Shown: piece by piece, positions 33,427 through 43,183 of the stretch
Numbering within the stretch: position 1 is the first letter of the stretch
How the letters are laid out: every line of letters starts with the position of its first letter
Source: Candidatus Eiseniibacteriota bacterium
GTDB lineage: Bacteria; Eisenbacteria; RBG-16-71-46
Direction of reading: 5' to 3'
Length of the DNA stretch: 55,541 nt
NCBI GenBank assembly: GCA_031366795.1
Contig: JANLOX010000121.1
Span: 1 to 55,541, forward strand
Notes under the pieces: generated by a model
Told to the model about the DNA's origin: nothing
Database searches by the model: none
What the model saw: the letters and a program-made list of their open reading frames with translations, nothing else
Program-made: the position numbers and the translations under genes

Positions 33427-35520
33427 ATGTGCGGAATTGCCGGGTCGTACGACCCACAGGGACGCGTCAAGCTAGGCAGGCTGCAGCGCATGTCCGCGCT
33501 GATGCGGCACCGTGGCCCGGAGGATGAGGGTGTCGTGCTGCTGGAGGCGCGCGGCGGGCGCGCGATGGTGCTCGGTGGGCCCGATACGCCCGAGGCCGTC
33601 TACGCCGCGGCACTTCCCTACACGCCGGGACGCGGCAAGCAGGACGGCGCCTCATCGCTGATGACGAGCCCCGCGCATGTCGGCCTCGTGCATCGCCGGC
33701 TGTCGTTCCTCGACCTGAGTGCGGCCGGGCATGGCCCGATGTGCGACGCTTCCTCGGAGCTGTGGATCACCTACAACGGTGAGGTCTACAACTACCTTGA
33801 GTTGCGCGCGGAGCTGCAGGGGATGGGTGAGCAGTTTACCACCGGCACCGACGTCGAAGTGGTGCTCGCCGCCTACCGGCGCTGGGGTCGCGACTGCCTC
33901 AAGCGCTTCAATGGCATGTTCGCGTTTGCCCTGTGGGACGGCAAGCGCCGCGAGTTGTTCTGCGCGCGCGACCGCTTTGGCGTCAAGCCGCTCTACTACC
34001 AGTGGGAGGGGGATGGCATCACGTTCGCCTCCGACCCGCGCACGCTGGTGCTGTCGCGCGAGCGAGCGCCCAAGCTGCGCCGCGACGCGGTGCTCGATTT
34101 CGTGGCGCTCGACTGGGTCGATCACGAGGCGTCGACGTTCTTCGAGGACGTGTTGCAATTGCCTGCGGCGCACTACCTCGTGGTGGGCGAAGGCGGCATC
34201 GTGCTGACGCAGTGGTGGCAGCTTGATCCTCGCCGTCACGCCAGCGGCACGCCGGCCGACTGGGCCCACGAGTTCGCCGAGCGCTTCACCGACGCGGTCA
34301 AGCTCCGCCTGCGCGCCGATGTCGAAGTCGGCTCCTGCCTCTCGGGCGGGCTCGACTCGAGCGCCGTGGTCACCACCGCGACGAAGCAGTTGGGAGTGCC
34401 CATGCACGCCTTCACCTGCGCCTACGATGAAGGTCCTGCCTACGACGAGCGGCCCTATGTGCGCGCGGTGATCGAGGCGACGGGCGCGCGCTCGCACGTC
34501 ATCGTTCCCGATGGCGGCGACTTCTGGTCGTGCTTCGACGCGCTCACCGACATGCAGGGCGAGCCCACCGCGGGCTCGGGGCTGTACTCGCAGTGGAAGG
34601 TGATGGAGCTGGCGCACCGCGCCGGCATCAAGGCGCTGCTCGATGGCCAGGGCGGCGACGAAACGCTGGCGGGCTATGGGCGCTACCTGCCGACGCGCCT
34701 GCGCGACCTGTTGGTCTCGTGCGAGCCGGGCCAGTTCATGAACCTGCTCGGGCCCGTCGCGGACAAGCTCGGGGTGACGACCACGCTGGCACTGACCTTC
34801 GAGCCATGGCTGCCGGGTGCCCTCGTGGGCGGGTTGCGCAGCCGCTTCGGCCAGGGCAAGGAGCGCGTGCTGTCGCCGATGGTGCGCGGTGCGGCGAAGG
34901 CGCGGGCGGCCGCGGTGCCCAGGCCGCCAACGAATTTCGACTCGGGGCTGCGCAACCATCTCGCCTTCGACACCCTGACGCGCATGTTGCCGTCGCTGCT
35001 GCGCTATGAAGACCGCAACAGCATGGCGTTCTCGATCGAGACAAGGCTCCCGTTTCTCGACTACCGGCTCGTCGAGTTCGCCTTCTCGCTGCCCGACGAC
35101 CAGCGGCTCGAGGGCACGACCACCAAGGCCATCATGCGGCGCGCACTCGCCGACCGCCTGCCGCCCGCGATCGCCAGGCGGCGCGACAAGATGGGCTTCG
35201 AAACACCGGCCGACCTGTGGCTGCGTGGCCGCCACGCCGCGGAAGTGCGGCGGCGCCTGATGTCGCCCGGGCCGCTGCATGAGTTGCTCGACCCCAGCGT
35301 GCTCGAGACCGAGCTCGACGGTTACTTCGCCGGCCAGCGCGCGACGGGCGCCCAGGTGTGGCGCTGGTTGTCGCTCGAGTCGTGGCTCAACCGTTACATC
35401 GTCAATCCCAGTTTCAGCGCACAGCCGGCACCCGGCGCCTTTCCGGCGCAGCGTGGGTCGACGTTCGATGAATTGCGAAGCACCGATTGGGAGACCGCTC
35501 CGGGAGCGGCGTCGCGCTGA
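33427..35520 (+). CDS. asnB: Asparagine synthase-like glutamine amidotransferase (probably sugar-amidating)
   Basis: MCGIAG Ntn start, HRGPE, HRRLS..DL, NGEVYNY, RDRFGVKPLY, LSGGLDSS, DGQGGDE, EDRNSMAFSIETRLPFLD. Confidence 0.9.
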   Translation: MCGIAGSYDPQGRVKLGRLQRMSALMRHRGPEDEGVVLLEARGGRAMVLGGPDTPEAVYAAALPYTPGRGKQDGASSLMTSPAHVGLVHRRLSFLDLSAAGHGPMCDASSELWITYNGEVYNYLELRAELQGMGEQFTTGTDVEVVLAAYRRWGRDCLKRFNGMFAFALWDGKRRELFCARDRFGVKPLYYQWEGDGITFASDPRTLVLSRERAPKLRRDAVLDFVALDWVDHEASTFFEDVLQLPAAHYLVVGEGGIVLTQWWQLDPRRHASGTPADWAHEFAERFTDAVKLRLRADVEVGSCLSGGLDSSAVVTTATKQLGVPMHAFTCAYDEGPAYDERPYVRAVIEATGARSHVIVPDGGDFWSCFDALTDMQGEPTAGSGLYSQWKVMELAHRAGIKALLDGQGGDETLAGYGRYLPTRLRDLLVSCEPGQFMNLLGPVADKLGVTTTLALTFEPWLPGALVGGLRSRFGQGKERVLSPMVRGAAKARAAAVPRPPTNFDSGLRNHLAFDTLTRMLPSLLRYEDRNSMAFSIETRLPFLDYRLVEFAFSLPDDQRLEGTTTKAIMRRALADRLPPAIARRRDKMGFETPADLWLRGRHAAEVRRRLMSPGPLHELLDPSVLETELDGYFAGQRATGAQVWRWLSLESWLNRYIVNPSFSAQPAPGAFPAQRGSTFDELRSTDWETAPGAASR

Positions 35521-35531
35521 AGGCCAGCACC

Positions 35532-36659
35532 ATGGACCTGCTCGTGCTGGCCGAGGTCCGCTGGGGCTACTTTCGCACGCGCAAGCAATTCCTGCTGTCG
35601 CGCTTCCCGGCGCCGTGGCGGATCTTTTACGCCCAGCCCCCGGCGTTCGGCGCGGATGACCCATGGCAGCCGCGACAGGAGGGGCGCGTCACCTACTTCA
35701 CCGTGCCGTTCCTCAAGCCCGGCACGACGAGCCGGCTCTATGAGCGCGCCATCGCCACGCCGTGGGGGCGCGCACTCGCCGAGCGCGTGGCCGAGTGGTA
35801 CCTGGCGCGCATGCTCGCGCGGCTCGGGGTAGACCCGAGCCCGGTCGTGCTCGACTCCAATATCTACGCCGCCGGGCTGCTTTCGCGGCTTCGCAAGAAG
35901 TTGGTATTCTACGACTTCAACGATAGCCCCTTTCAATTTGCCGGGGTCCCCTCCTGGGCCTGGGACTACTGGCGCCAGACCCTGGGGCAGGTGGATACCT
36001 TCTTCGTGGTTTCCGAGTTCTACCGCCGCCAGCTCGCGCAACAGACCTCTCGACCCCTCGTGCTGCTGGGGAACGGGGTCGAGTTCTCCCATTTCGCGAC
36101 CCCGCAGGCCCAGCCCGCGGAACTGGCCGAGCTGCCGCGGCCGCTGATCGGCTACGTCGGATTGCTCTCGCACTTCCTCGACTTCGACGTACTGGAGGCG
36201 ATCCGCCAGGCCCGCCGGGGCGGGACCGTGGTGCTGATCGGGCCCGGGACTCCCGCGACCGACCGCCCGGTGCGCGAATTCGCCGCCCGCGAGGGCGTGG
36301 CACTGCTGGGTCCCAAGCCCTATGCCGGGCTGCCGGGGTGGATGCAGGCGTTGGACGTAGGCGTCATCCCATTTCGGGCGAATGATCCGCATGTGCAGGG
36401 TATTAATCCCAACAAGGTCTACCAGTACCTCGCCGCGGGCGTGCCCGTGGTCACCACCCCGGTGCTCGACCTGCAACCGGCGGCCCCATTGCTGCAGTAT
36501 GCCGACACACCTCTAGCCATGGCCACGGCGGTGGGGGCAGCGCTCGATGCGCCGCGTTCGCCTGAAGCCGCGCGTGCGCTGGCGCGCAGTCACGATTGGG
36601 AGTCGCTGGCCGCCTCGATGGTGAGCGCGATCGAACGCCGGCTCGAGCCGGCGGCCTGA
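35532..36659 (+). CDS. GT-B glycosyltransferase (TuaH/GT4-like)
   Basis: RKQFLL, YDFND, NGVEFSHF, PLIGYVG, PNKVYQYLAAGVPVV. Confidence 0.85.
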   Translation: MDLLVLAEVRWGYFRTRKQFLLSRFPAPWRIFYAQPPAFGADDPWQPRQEGRVTYFTVPFLKPGTTSRLYERAIATPWGRALAERVAEWYLARMLARLGVDPSPVVLDSNIYAAGLLSRLRKKLVFYDFNDSPFQFAGVPSWAWDYWRQTLGQVDTFFVVSEFYRRQLAQQTSRPLVLLGNGVEFSHFATPQAQPAELAELPRPLIGYVGLLSHFLDFDVLEAIRQARRGGTVVLIGPGTPATDRPVREFAAREGVALLGPKPYAGLPGWMQALDVGVIPFRANDPHVQGINPNKVYQYLAAGVPVVTTPVLDLQPAAPLLQYADTPLAMATAVGAALDAPRSPEAARALARSHDWESLAASMVSAIERRLEPAA

Positions 36660-36702
36660 CACACATGCTTCACTTCGCGGGCTGCTCCGCACGGAACCTC
36701 AA

Positions 36703-39096
36703 ATGAACGAACGCAAGACCCCGAAGCCGGCAGCCAAGTACCGCGACGCCTCGGTCCTCAGCGCGCGCTGGGCCGCGGCGATCCTCGCGCTGCTCGTGGT
36801 GTTGTTCTTCCACGAGGTGGTGGTGGGCGGCAAGACGTTCGTCTCGCCCGATGCCACGGCCCCCGCGGGGTTCGCGCGGATCGGGGAGCAGGCGCTCTAC
36901 CACCAGCACGTCTATCCGCAGTGGAACCCGTATGTGTTCCTCGGCATGCCCTCGTTCGGCAGTGGCACCTACAACCCGCTCATCTACCCGCCCGACTGGC
37001 CAGTCGCCGTGCTGCAGAAGTTCCTGCCGCTGCCCGACCTGACGTGGATGCTCATCTATTACTTCCTCGCAGGTTTCGCGACGTTCCTGCTGGCGCGGGA
37101 ATGGGGGGCGCGAGCGGAGGCGGCGGTGCTGGCGGGGGTGGCGTTCGTGTTCGCGCCGAATCTCGTGGCGGTGGGCTCGCACGGGCACGGCAGCCAGCTC
37201 GTGGATTCCGCCTACCTGCCGCTGATGCTGTGGCTCGCCACGCGCTGGATGCGGCGCGGAGCCTTGAGCGACCTGGCGTGGCTGGCGATGGCGGGGGGGT
37301 TCCAGCTGCTGCGCGGCCACGTGCAGATCTGCTTCTATACCTGGATCGCCGTGGGTGGCTACGCGGTCGTCGATGGCATCGCCGCATTCATCAATCCCGC
37401 GCGGCGCGCCACGGCGCCGCGAGCGGTGGGCATCTTCCTCGCCGCGGGCCTCGCGTTGGGGCTCGCCGGTTTCTACAACTTGCCGTTGGCCGACTACGCG
37501 CGCGAATCGATTCGCGGCACGCGCGAAGGCGGCGGCGTGGGCATGAGCTACGCGACCCAGTGGTCGCTGGGCCCTGAAGAACTGCCCTCGATCGTGGTGC
37601 CGGGGTGGGTAGGCTTTGGTGGCCAGACGTACTGGGGCTCGATGCCGTTCACCGATTACCCGAATGCTTTCGTCGGCTTGATCACCATTCTGCTCGCGCT
37701 GCCCGCCTTCCTCGCCGGTGGCGCGCCGCGTGTCTATGCGTTGCTGCTCGCGGTGGTGGCCTTGCTGATCTCGTTCGGCAACCACTTCCCGCTGTACGGC
37801 TTGCTCTACGACCACGTGCCGTTCTTCAACAAGTTCCGCGTGCCGGTGATGATCGTGCTGCTGTTCCAGTTGGCGACGGCCCTCGGGCTCGCGTGGGGCT
37901 GGTCGGCGTGGTGTGATCCCGAATCCGCCGAGGCGCGTCGCGGCAAGGCGATGGACCGGCTGCTCGTCGGGAGCGCCGTGGTGCTGGCGCTGGCGCTCGT
38001 GGTGATGGCGTTGGGCAGCGGCGGGCTGGAGCACGCCTACACGGCGATGGTCGTGGCCAAGCGCAGCCTGCCGGGACAGCCCTACCCGGCAGAACTGGCG
38101 GGCATGGCGTGGCGCGAATTCTCGGGCGACTTCATGCGCGCCGCGGCATTGGGGCTCGCCTCGCTCGGGCTGGCGTGGGCGGTGCGCGGCCGCAAGCTCT
38201 CGGCGCGCGTGGCGTCGGCCGGCGTATTGATCCTGATGATGATCGAATTGTTCCCGGTGAGCGGCCGCGTCATGCAGCCGGCCATTGGCGAGATGGCGCA
38301 ACGTGACGCGGGGCTTGGCCGCGACGATGTCATCGAGTTCCTCGAGCAGGCCGGGCCGCAGGGCAGCTTCCGCATCATTCCGTTCCAGGAATTCCAGAAC
38401 AACCGCTACTCGGGCTTCGCCATCGCCTCGGTGGGTGGCTATCACGCCGCCAAGCCGCGGCTGGCGCAGGACATGATCGAGCACCATGCTGCTGAGAACC
38501 CGTCGTGGTGGCGGTTGCTCAACGTGCGCTACCTCGTCATGCCGCAGGCGATCCAGCCGCAGCCGGGCTTAAGCCTCGTGCACGAGGGCACGCAGTTCAT
38601 CTACGAGAACCTGTTCGCGCTGCCGCGCGCCACGCTGCTCGGGCACTACGCCGTCGTGCAGCCGGACTCGGCGATCCTCGACTCGATCTCGGCGGGCAAG
38701 CGGGACGCCGCCGACTGGACCTATCTCGGCGCGGATCCGCACCTGGCGCTCGGCTCGACGGCGGGAGGGACCGCGGCGATTTCGTCCTACCGCTTGAATG
38801 ACGTCGTGGTCGATGTCGACACGCCCGGTGATGCCCTGCTGCGGCTGTCCGACCTGTGGTACCCCGACTGGGTGGCGCGCGTCGATGGCAAGCCGGTGCC
38901 GGTGTTGCGGGCCGACTACCTGCTGCGCGCCGTGGCCGTTCCGGCCGGCAAGCATCGCGTGGAGTTCCGCTTCGAATCGAAGGCGATGCGGCGCGGGTTG
39001 CAGTTGTCGCTGGTGAGCCTCGCGGCGATCCTGGCGATGTTCGCCGTGGCGTGGGTGACCCGCCGGCGGTCGAAGGGATCAGCCGGGGCGGCGTAA
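36703..39096 (+). CDS. YfhO-family GT-C membrane glycosyltransferase
   Basis: QWNPYVFLGMPSF, GHVQICFY, PFFNKFRVP, GYHAAKP, LNVRY, WYPDWVARVDG, RADYLLRAVAVPAGKHRVEFRF. Confidence 0.88.
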   Translation: MNERKTPKPAAKYRDASVLSARWAAAILALLVVLFFHEVVVGGKTFVSPDATAPAGFARIGEQALYHQHVYPQWNPYVFLGMPSFGSGTYNPLIYPPDWPVAVLQKFLPLPDLTWMLIYYFLAGFATFLLAREWGARAEAAVLAGVAFVFAPNLVAVGSHGHGSQLVDSAYLPLMLWLATRWMRRGALSDLAWLAMAGGFQLLRGHVQICFYTWIAVGGYAVVDGIAAFINPARRATAPRAVGIFLAAGLALGLAGFYNLPLADYARESIRGTREGGGVGMSYATQWSLGPEELPSIVVPGWVGFGGQTYWGSMPFTDYPNAFVGLITILLALPAFLAGGAPRVYALLLAVVALLISFGNHFPLYGLLYDHVPFFNKFRVPVMIVLLFQLATALGLAWGWSAWCDPESAEARRGKAMDRLLVGSAVVLALALVVMALGSGGLEHAYTAMVVAKRSLPGQPYPAELAGMAWREFSGDFMRAAALGLASLGLAWAVRGRKLSARVASAGVLILMMIELFPVSGRVMQPAIGEMAQRDAGLGRDDVIEFLEQAGPQGSFRIIPFQEFQNNRYSGFAIASVGGYHAAKPRLAQDMIEHHAAENPSWWRLLNVRYLVMPQAIQPQPGLSLVHEGTQFIYENLFALPRATLLGHYAVVQPDSAILDSISAGKRDAADWTYLGADPHLALGSTAGGTAAISSYRLNDVVVDVDTPGDALLRLSDLWYPDWVARVDGKPVPVLRADYLLRAVAVPAGKHRVEFRFESKAMRRGLQLSLVSLAAILAMFAVAWVTRRRSKGSAGAA

Positions 39097-39812
39097 TGGA
39101 AAAACTCATCATTATCCCGACGTACAACGAGCGCGACAACATCGAGCGCCTGCTCGAGCGCGTGCTCGCCTTGCCGTACGGCTTCGAGATCCTCGTCGTG
39201 GACGACGGCTCGCCCGATGGCACCGGCGACGTGGTCGAGGCGTGGTCGAAGCGCGACGGCAAAGTGCACCTGCTGCGGCGCCCCGGCAAGATGGGCCTGG
39301 GCTCGGCGTACCGCGACGGGTTCCGCTACGCGCTGGAACATGGCGCGCAGTTGATCTTCGAGATGGACGCGGACTTCTCGCACGATCCCGACGCCCTGGG
39401 CGGTTTTCTCACCGCCGCCGAGGACGCCGACGTCGTGCTCGGCTCGCGCTACCTGAACGGCGTCTCGGTGGTGAACTGGCCGTTGTCGCGATTGTTCCTG
39501 TCGTACTTCGCCAATGCCTACACGCGCTGGATCACCGGCCTGCCGGTGCGCGACGCCACGGGGGGCTTCAAGTGCTTCCGCCGCAAGGCACTCGAATCGG
39601 TGCGGCTCGACAAAGTGAAGTCGGATGGCTACGCGTTCCAGATCGAGATGACTTATAAGTGCTGGCGCAAGGGGATGCGCGTGAAGGAAATCCCGATCCT
39701 GTTCGTGGATCGCCTCGTGGGGGTATCTAAGATGAGCCGTCACGTGATCTGGGAAGCCGCGGGGATGGTGTGGCGGCTGCGTTTCGTCGACTTGTTCGGG
39801 AAGCTGGAATAG
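39096..39812 (+). CDS. Polyprenol monophosphomannose synthase (DPM1/Ppm1-like GT2)
   Basis: IIPTYNERDNI, VDDGSPDGTG, KMGLGSAY, EMDADFSHDP, DATGGFKC, GYAFQIEM, SKMS. Confidence 0.9.
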   Translation: MEKLIIIPTYNERDNIERLLERVLALPYGFEILVVDDGSPDGTGDVVEAWSKRDGKVHLLRRPGKMGLGSAYRDGFRYALEHGAQLIFEMDADFSHDPDALGGFLTAAEDADVVLGSRYLNGVSVVNWPLSRLFLSYFANAYTRWITGLPVRDATGGFKCFRRKALESVRLDKVKSDGYAFQIEMTYKCWRKGMRVKEIPILFVDRLVGVSKMSRHVIWEAAGMVWRLRFVDLFGKLE

Positions 39813-39814
39813 CC

Positions 39815-42127
39815 GTGAAGCGCGCGCGTATGGGCTGGCTCGTCGCGGTGCTGCTGCTGGCCGCGCCGTCGTCCGCTCACGCGGCCGGCGCCAGGCGCAG
39901 CTACTTGAGGCCGACGACATTCAGCGCGGCACTCGCCGAGGCCGACACGCTGTGGTGTGTCTCGCGCGATGCGGGCCTCGTGCAGTACCGCCCCTCAACG
40001 CATGCCTTCAAGTCCTACGTTCGCGAGCCGAACGGTCTGGCCAGCAACCGGCTCAGCTCGGTGGCGCTCGACCGCTCGCGGCGCATGTGGCTAGGCACCT
40101 ACGGCTCCGGCGCCAGCGTGCTGTCGAGCAATCGTGAGAGCTGGGCGCTCGTCAACGTGTTCGACGGGCTGCCTTCGGACTCGGTCAATGCCCTGACCGC
40201 CGAGGGTGACTCGATGTGGATCGCCACGACGCGCGGCATCGCGGTGTGGGACGGCCATGATATCGGCGGCGTGCTGCCGGATGGCGTGAACCCCTCGCCG
40301 TTCGCGAGTGACAACATCACCGGGCTGGTGCGGCGCGGCGACACCGTGTGGGTGGCCACGCGCGCCGGGGTGTACCGCTCGCTGCTGTCGCAGGGGCTCA
40401 ACCGTTGGGCGACGCAGAACATCGGGCTTAATTCGCTTGCCATCGACGAGCTGGTCAGCGACGGCCAGACGCTGTTCGCGCGCGCGAACTTCGCCGCGTA
40501 CCGCTATGACGGTCCCCAAGCGCGCTGGACGCTGGCGGGCGGCGTCGGGGCGGTGTTCACCGTCGGCACAGCCCACGGCGCCGTGTTCCTCAACAGCAGC
40601 ACGGGATTATTCCGCTGGAGCGGTTCCGGTTGGAGCCTCCTCGACGCCACGCTGGCGGGAGCATCCAGCAGCCCGCTGGTCGCCACCGCCGATGCGGCGG
40701 GACAGCTCTATGCGATCGGCCGGATCTCCTCGGTGGTCAGCGCCGGCGGCGCGGGTGTGTACGTGCGTCCGGCGGGTGGCGTGGGCTCCTGGACGTTCGA
40801 CCTGCCGCCCGGGCCTCCCGGCAACAGTTGTCTCAACGTCGATATCGAGGGCAACCGTGTCTATGTGACCACTTACGATACCGGCATAGGCAGGCTGCAG
40901 GCCGAGTCGGCCTGGAAGTACTGGTACCCGCCGGTCAGTACGCACCTGGGCACGGATGATTTCTTCCGGCCGACATTTCCGTTCGCCATGTTGATCGACA
41001 AGACCAGCAACAAGTGGTTCACCTGCTGGGCGCCGGTCAAGTTCACCTCGACCTGCGTTCCGGACACCGGCGTGATCGACATCCTGCGCGATGGCCCGGG
41101 CGGCGAGTCGGTGGGGCACATGCTGCTGGGCAAGGCGCCCGAGGCGGCGCGCTGGTCATTTGGCCGCGCCTCGACCGCGGACTCCGCGGGCGGGAAGTGG
41201 TTCGGGCTCGACAGTCCCTGCGCCGACCAGGGCGACCTGAATCCCGCGGGCCTGCTCTACTTCAAGACGCTGCCGGGAATCATTCCCGCCAACGACACCG
41301 CGTTCGTCGCCAACTACAATTCCGGAAACGGCACGAGCCTGCCGAGCAACCTGGTGTTGTCGCTGACCACCGACCGCACCGGACGCGTGTGGGCGGGCAC
41401 GCCGCAGGGCCTGTGTAACTTCATGCCCGACAGCCTGCCCGGGCAGCCGCCGGTGATTCATACCGTGTCCCCGCCGCCGGTGACGAGCTCATTCTCGGTG
41501 CGCGGCCTCGCGACGCGGCGCGACACGCTGTGGGTGTTCGCGGGCAGTGGCCTGTACCAGTACAGCATCAACGCGGGTTATCGCGGCAGCTACGACATTC
41601 CCTCGGGACCCTCGCTGCAAGCCGTGCGGCCCGTGGATGTCGGGCGCGACGGTACGCTGTGGCTGGGCACCGCGAACGGCCTGCGCGCCTATCGCCCGAG
41701 TCGCGACAAGGAGGACTACACCACCGCGAACTCGCCGCTCGCCGACGACGACGTGCGCTCGGTCCGCGTCGATCCGCTGACCGGTTACGTGTGGGTCGCG
41801 ACGGCGGGAGGGCTCAGCCGTTTCGATCCGGGATTCGTGGCGGCAGCACAACAGCTGCCCTCGCTGACGATGAGCGTCTACCCGAATCCCGCGCGGCTGT
41901 CGGCGCTGGGTGTTCCCATCCGCATCAAGGGCAACGGCACCACCTACGACGGCACGGTGTACGACCTGAATGGGCGCAGCGTCTCGCGCTTCAGCGTGCG
42001 GGGCAACGGCCGCGCCGTGTGGGACGGCCGCGATCCACACGGTGATCTCGTCCAGCCTGGAATCTACTTCCTGCGCGCCGAATCCGGCGGCCGCTCCGCG
42101 GTCGTCCGTGTCGTGCTGCTGCGCTAG
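39815..42127 (+). CDS. Secreted double beta-propeller protein with C-terminal FlgD/T9SS-like domain (PorZ-like)
   Basis: Signal peptide. Reg_prop-type repeats (GLASNRLSSVALD, GLPSDSVNAL, SLPSNLVLSL, NSPLADDDVRSVRVDPLTGYVWVAT). C-terminal VYPNP...VYDLNGR...WDGRD..G..V.PGIY. Confidence 0.72.
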   Translation: MKRARMGWLVAVLLLAAPSSAHAAGARRSYLRPTTFSAALAEADTLWCVSRDAGLVQYRPSTHAFKSYVREPNGLASNRLSSVALDRSRRMWLGTYGSGASVLSSNRESWALVNVFDGLPSDSVNALTAEGDSMWIATTRGIAVWDGHDIGGVLPDGVNPSPFASDNITGLVRRGDTVWVATRAGVYRSLLSQGLNRWATQNIGLNSLAIDELVSDGQTLFARANFAAYRYDGPQARWTLAGGVGAVFTVGTAHGAVFLNSSTGLFRWSGSGWSLLDATLAGASSSPLVATADAAGQLYAIGRISSVVSAGGAGVYVRPAGGVGSWTFDLPPGPPGNSCLNVDIEGNRVYVTTYDTGIGRLQAESAWKYWYPPVSTHLGTDDFFRPTFPFAMLIDKTSNKWFTCWAPVKFTSTCVPDTGVIDILRDGPGGESVGHMLLGKAPEAARWSFGRASTADSAGGKWFGLDSPCADQGDLNPAGLLYFKTLPGIIPANDTAFVANYNSGNGTSLPSNLVLSLTTDRTGRVWAGTPQGLCNFMPDSLPGQPPVIHTVSPPPVTSSFSVRGLATRRDTLWVFAGSGLYQYSINAGYRGSYDIPSGPSLQAVRPVDVGRDGTLWLGTANGLRAYRPSRDKEDYTTANSPLADDDVRSVRVDPLTGYVWVATAGGLSRFDPGFVAAAQQLPSLTMSVYPNPARLSALGVPIRIKGNGTTYDGTVYDLNGRSVSRFSVRGNGRAVWDGRDPHGDLVQPGIYFLRAESGGRSAVVRVVLLR

Positions 42128-42139
42128 CGCAGACGATCG

Positions 42140-43183
42140 ATGGAACGCGCACCGGACGGCTTGAGCGTGGGAACGCAAGCCGGGCCGCCGAGCGGCTGGG
42201 ACGACCTGCTCGCCGCGGATCCGTCCTCGACGCCCGCGCATCGTCCGGGGCTCGCGGCCGCCTTCGCGGATGTGTTTCCCGCTCACCGCACGGAGTACCT
42301 GCTCGCTCGTGACGCCTTAGGGCTAGCCGGCGGCATGGTGATCTCGGTGCAGCGGATGCTGGGCGCCGAGTGGCTGCACGCGATGCCGATGCTGCTGCCG
42401 GGTGCACCGCTGTCGCGGCCGGATTGCCGCGAAGCGGTCGATGCCGCGCTGGCGGAAGCATTCGCCGCGCGCGCCGCATGTCCCGCGATCGCCGGCGGCG
42501 AGTGGGTGGGCTACCGTCCGGGCAGGGCGCTCGCGGCAGAGACGCTCGAACGCGTGGCGGGAGAAACGCGGCGCCTGACGGCTTCGCTGATCGACCTGAC
42601 CGGCGAGGGGATCATGCGCTGGCAGAGCGACCGCCGCGAGCGCAAGGCGCTGCGCCGCGCCGAGCGGCTCGGGCTGCATTGCGCCGAGGAACCCGCAGCA
42701 CTCGACGAGTGTTATGCGCTGCACCTGGTGCAGGCGCGGCGCTGGTGCGGACACCGGCCGCCGTCGCTGCCGCTGCTGCGTCGCCTGCTTGCGGCACCCC
42801 ACGCGGGGGAGGAGCCGCTGGGGCGGCTGTTCACCGTGCGCAACCCGCAGCGACTGTTGTGCGGCATCCTCGTGCTCGATTCCCGGCACGAGACGTTCGC
42901 GTGGTGGAGCGGCACGCACCCGCACGCGCGTGATGCGGCGGCGACGCGGGCGCTGCTGGTGTGGGCGATCGAGTGGGCGCGCGCGCGGGGTAAGGCGCGC
43001 TTCAACCTAGGGGGAAGCGCGGGGCTCACCGGCGTCGCCTCGTTCAAGCACTCGCTCGGCGCCCTGGATCTCGACTATTCCGTGCGCTGGCTGGCCCCCG
43101 CCCGCAGCGGGCTCGTGGCGCGGGCGTTCGCGAGCCTGCAGCGTCGCGCGCGGCGGGGCAGGCATCGCGGGGGCGTCGTTTGA
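42140..43183 (+). CDS. GNAT-family acyl/aminoacyltransferase (FemAB/CelD-like)
   Basis: RKALRRAERLG, LLVWAIEWA..RG..RFNLGGS...GVASFKHSLG. Confidence 0.78.
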   Translation: MERAPDGLSVGTQAGPPSGWDDLLAADPSSTPAHRPGLAAAFADVFPAHRTEYLLARDALGLAGGMVISVQRMLGAEWLHAMPMLLPGAPLSRPDCREAVDAALAEAFAARAACPAIAGGEWVGYRPGRALAAETLERVAGETRRLTASLIDLTGEGIMRWQSDRRERKALRRAERLGLHCAEEPAALDECYALHLVQARRWCGHRPPSLPLLRRLLAAPHAGEEPLGRLFTVRNPQRLLCGILVLDSRHETFAWWSGTHPHARDAAATRALLVWAIEWARARGKARFNLGGSAGLTGVASFKHSLGALDLDYSVRWLAPARSGLVARAFASLQRRARRGRHRGGVV

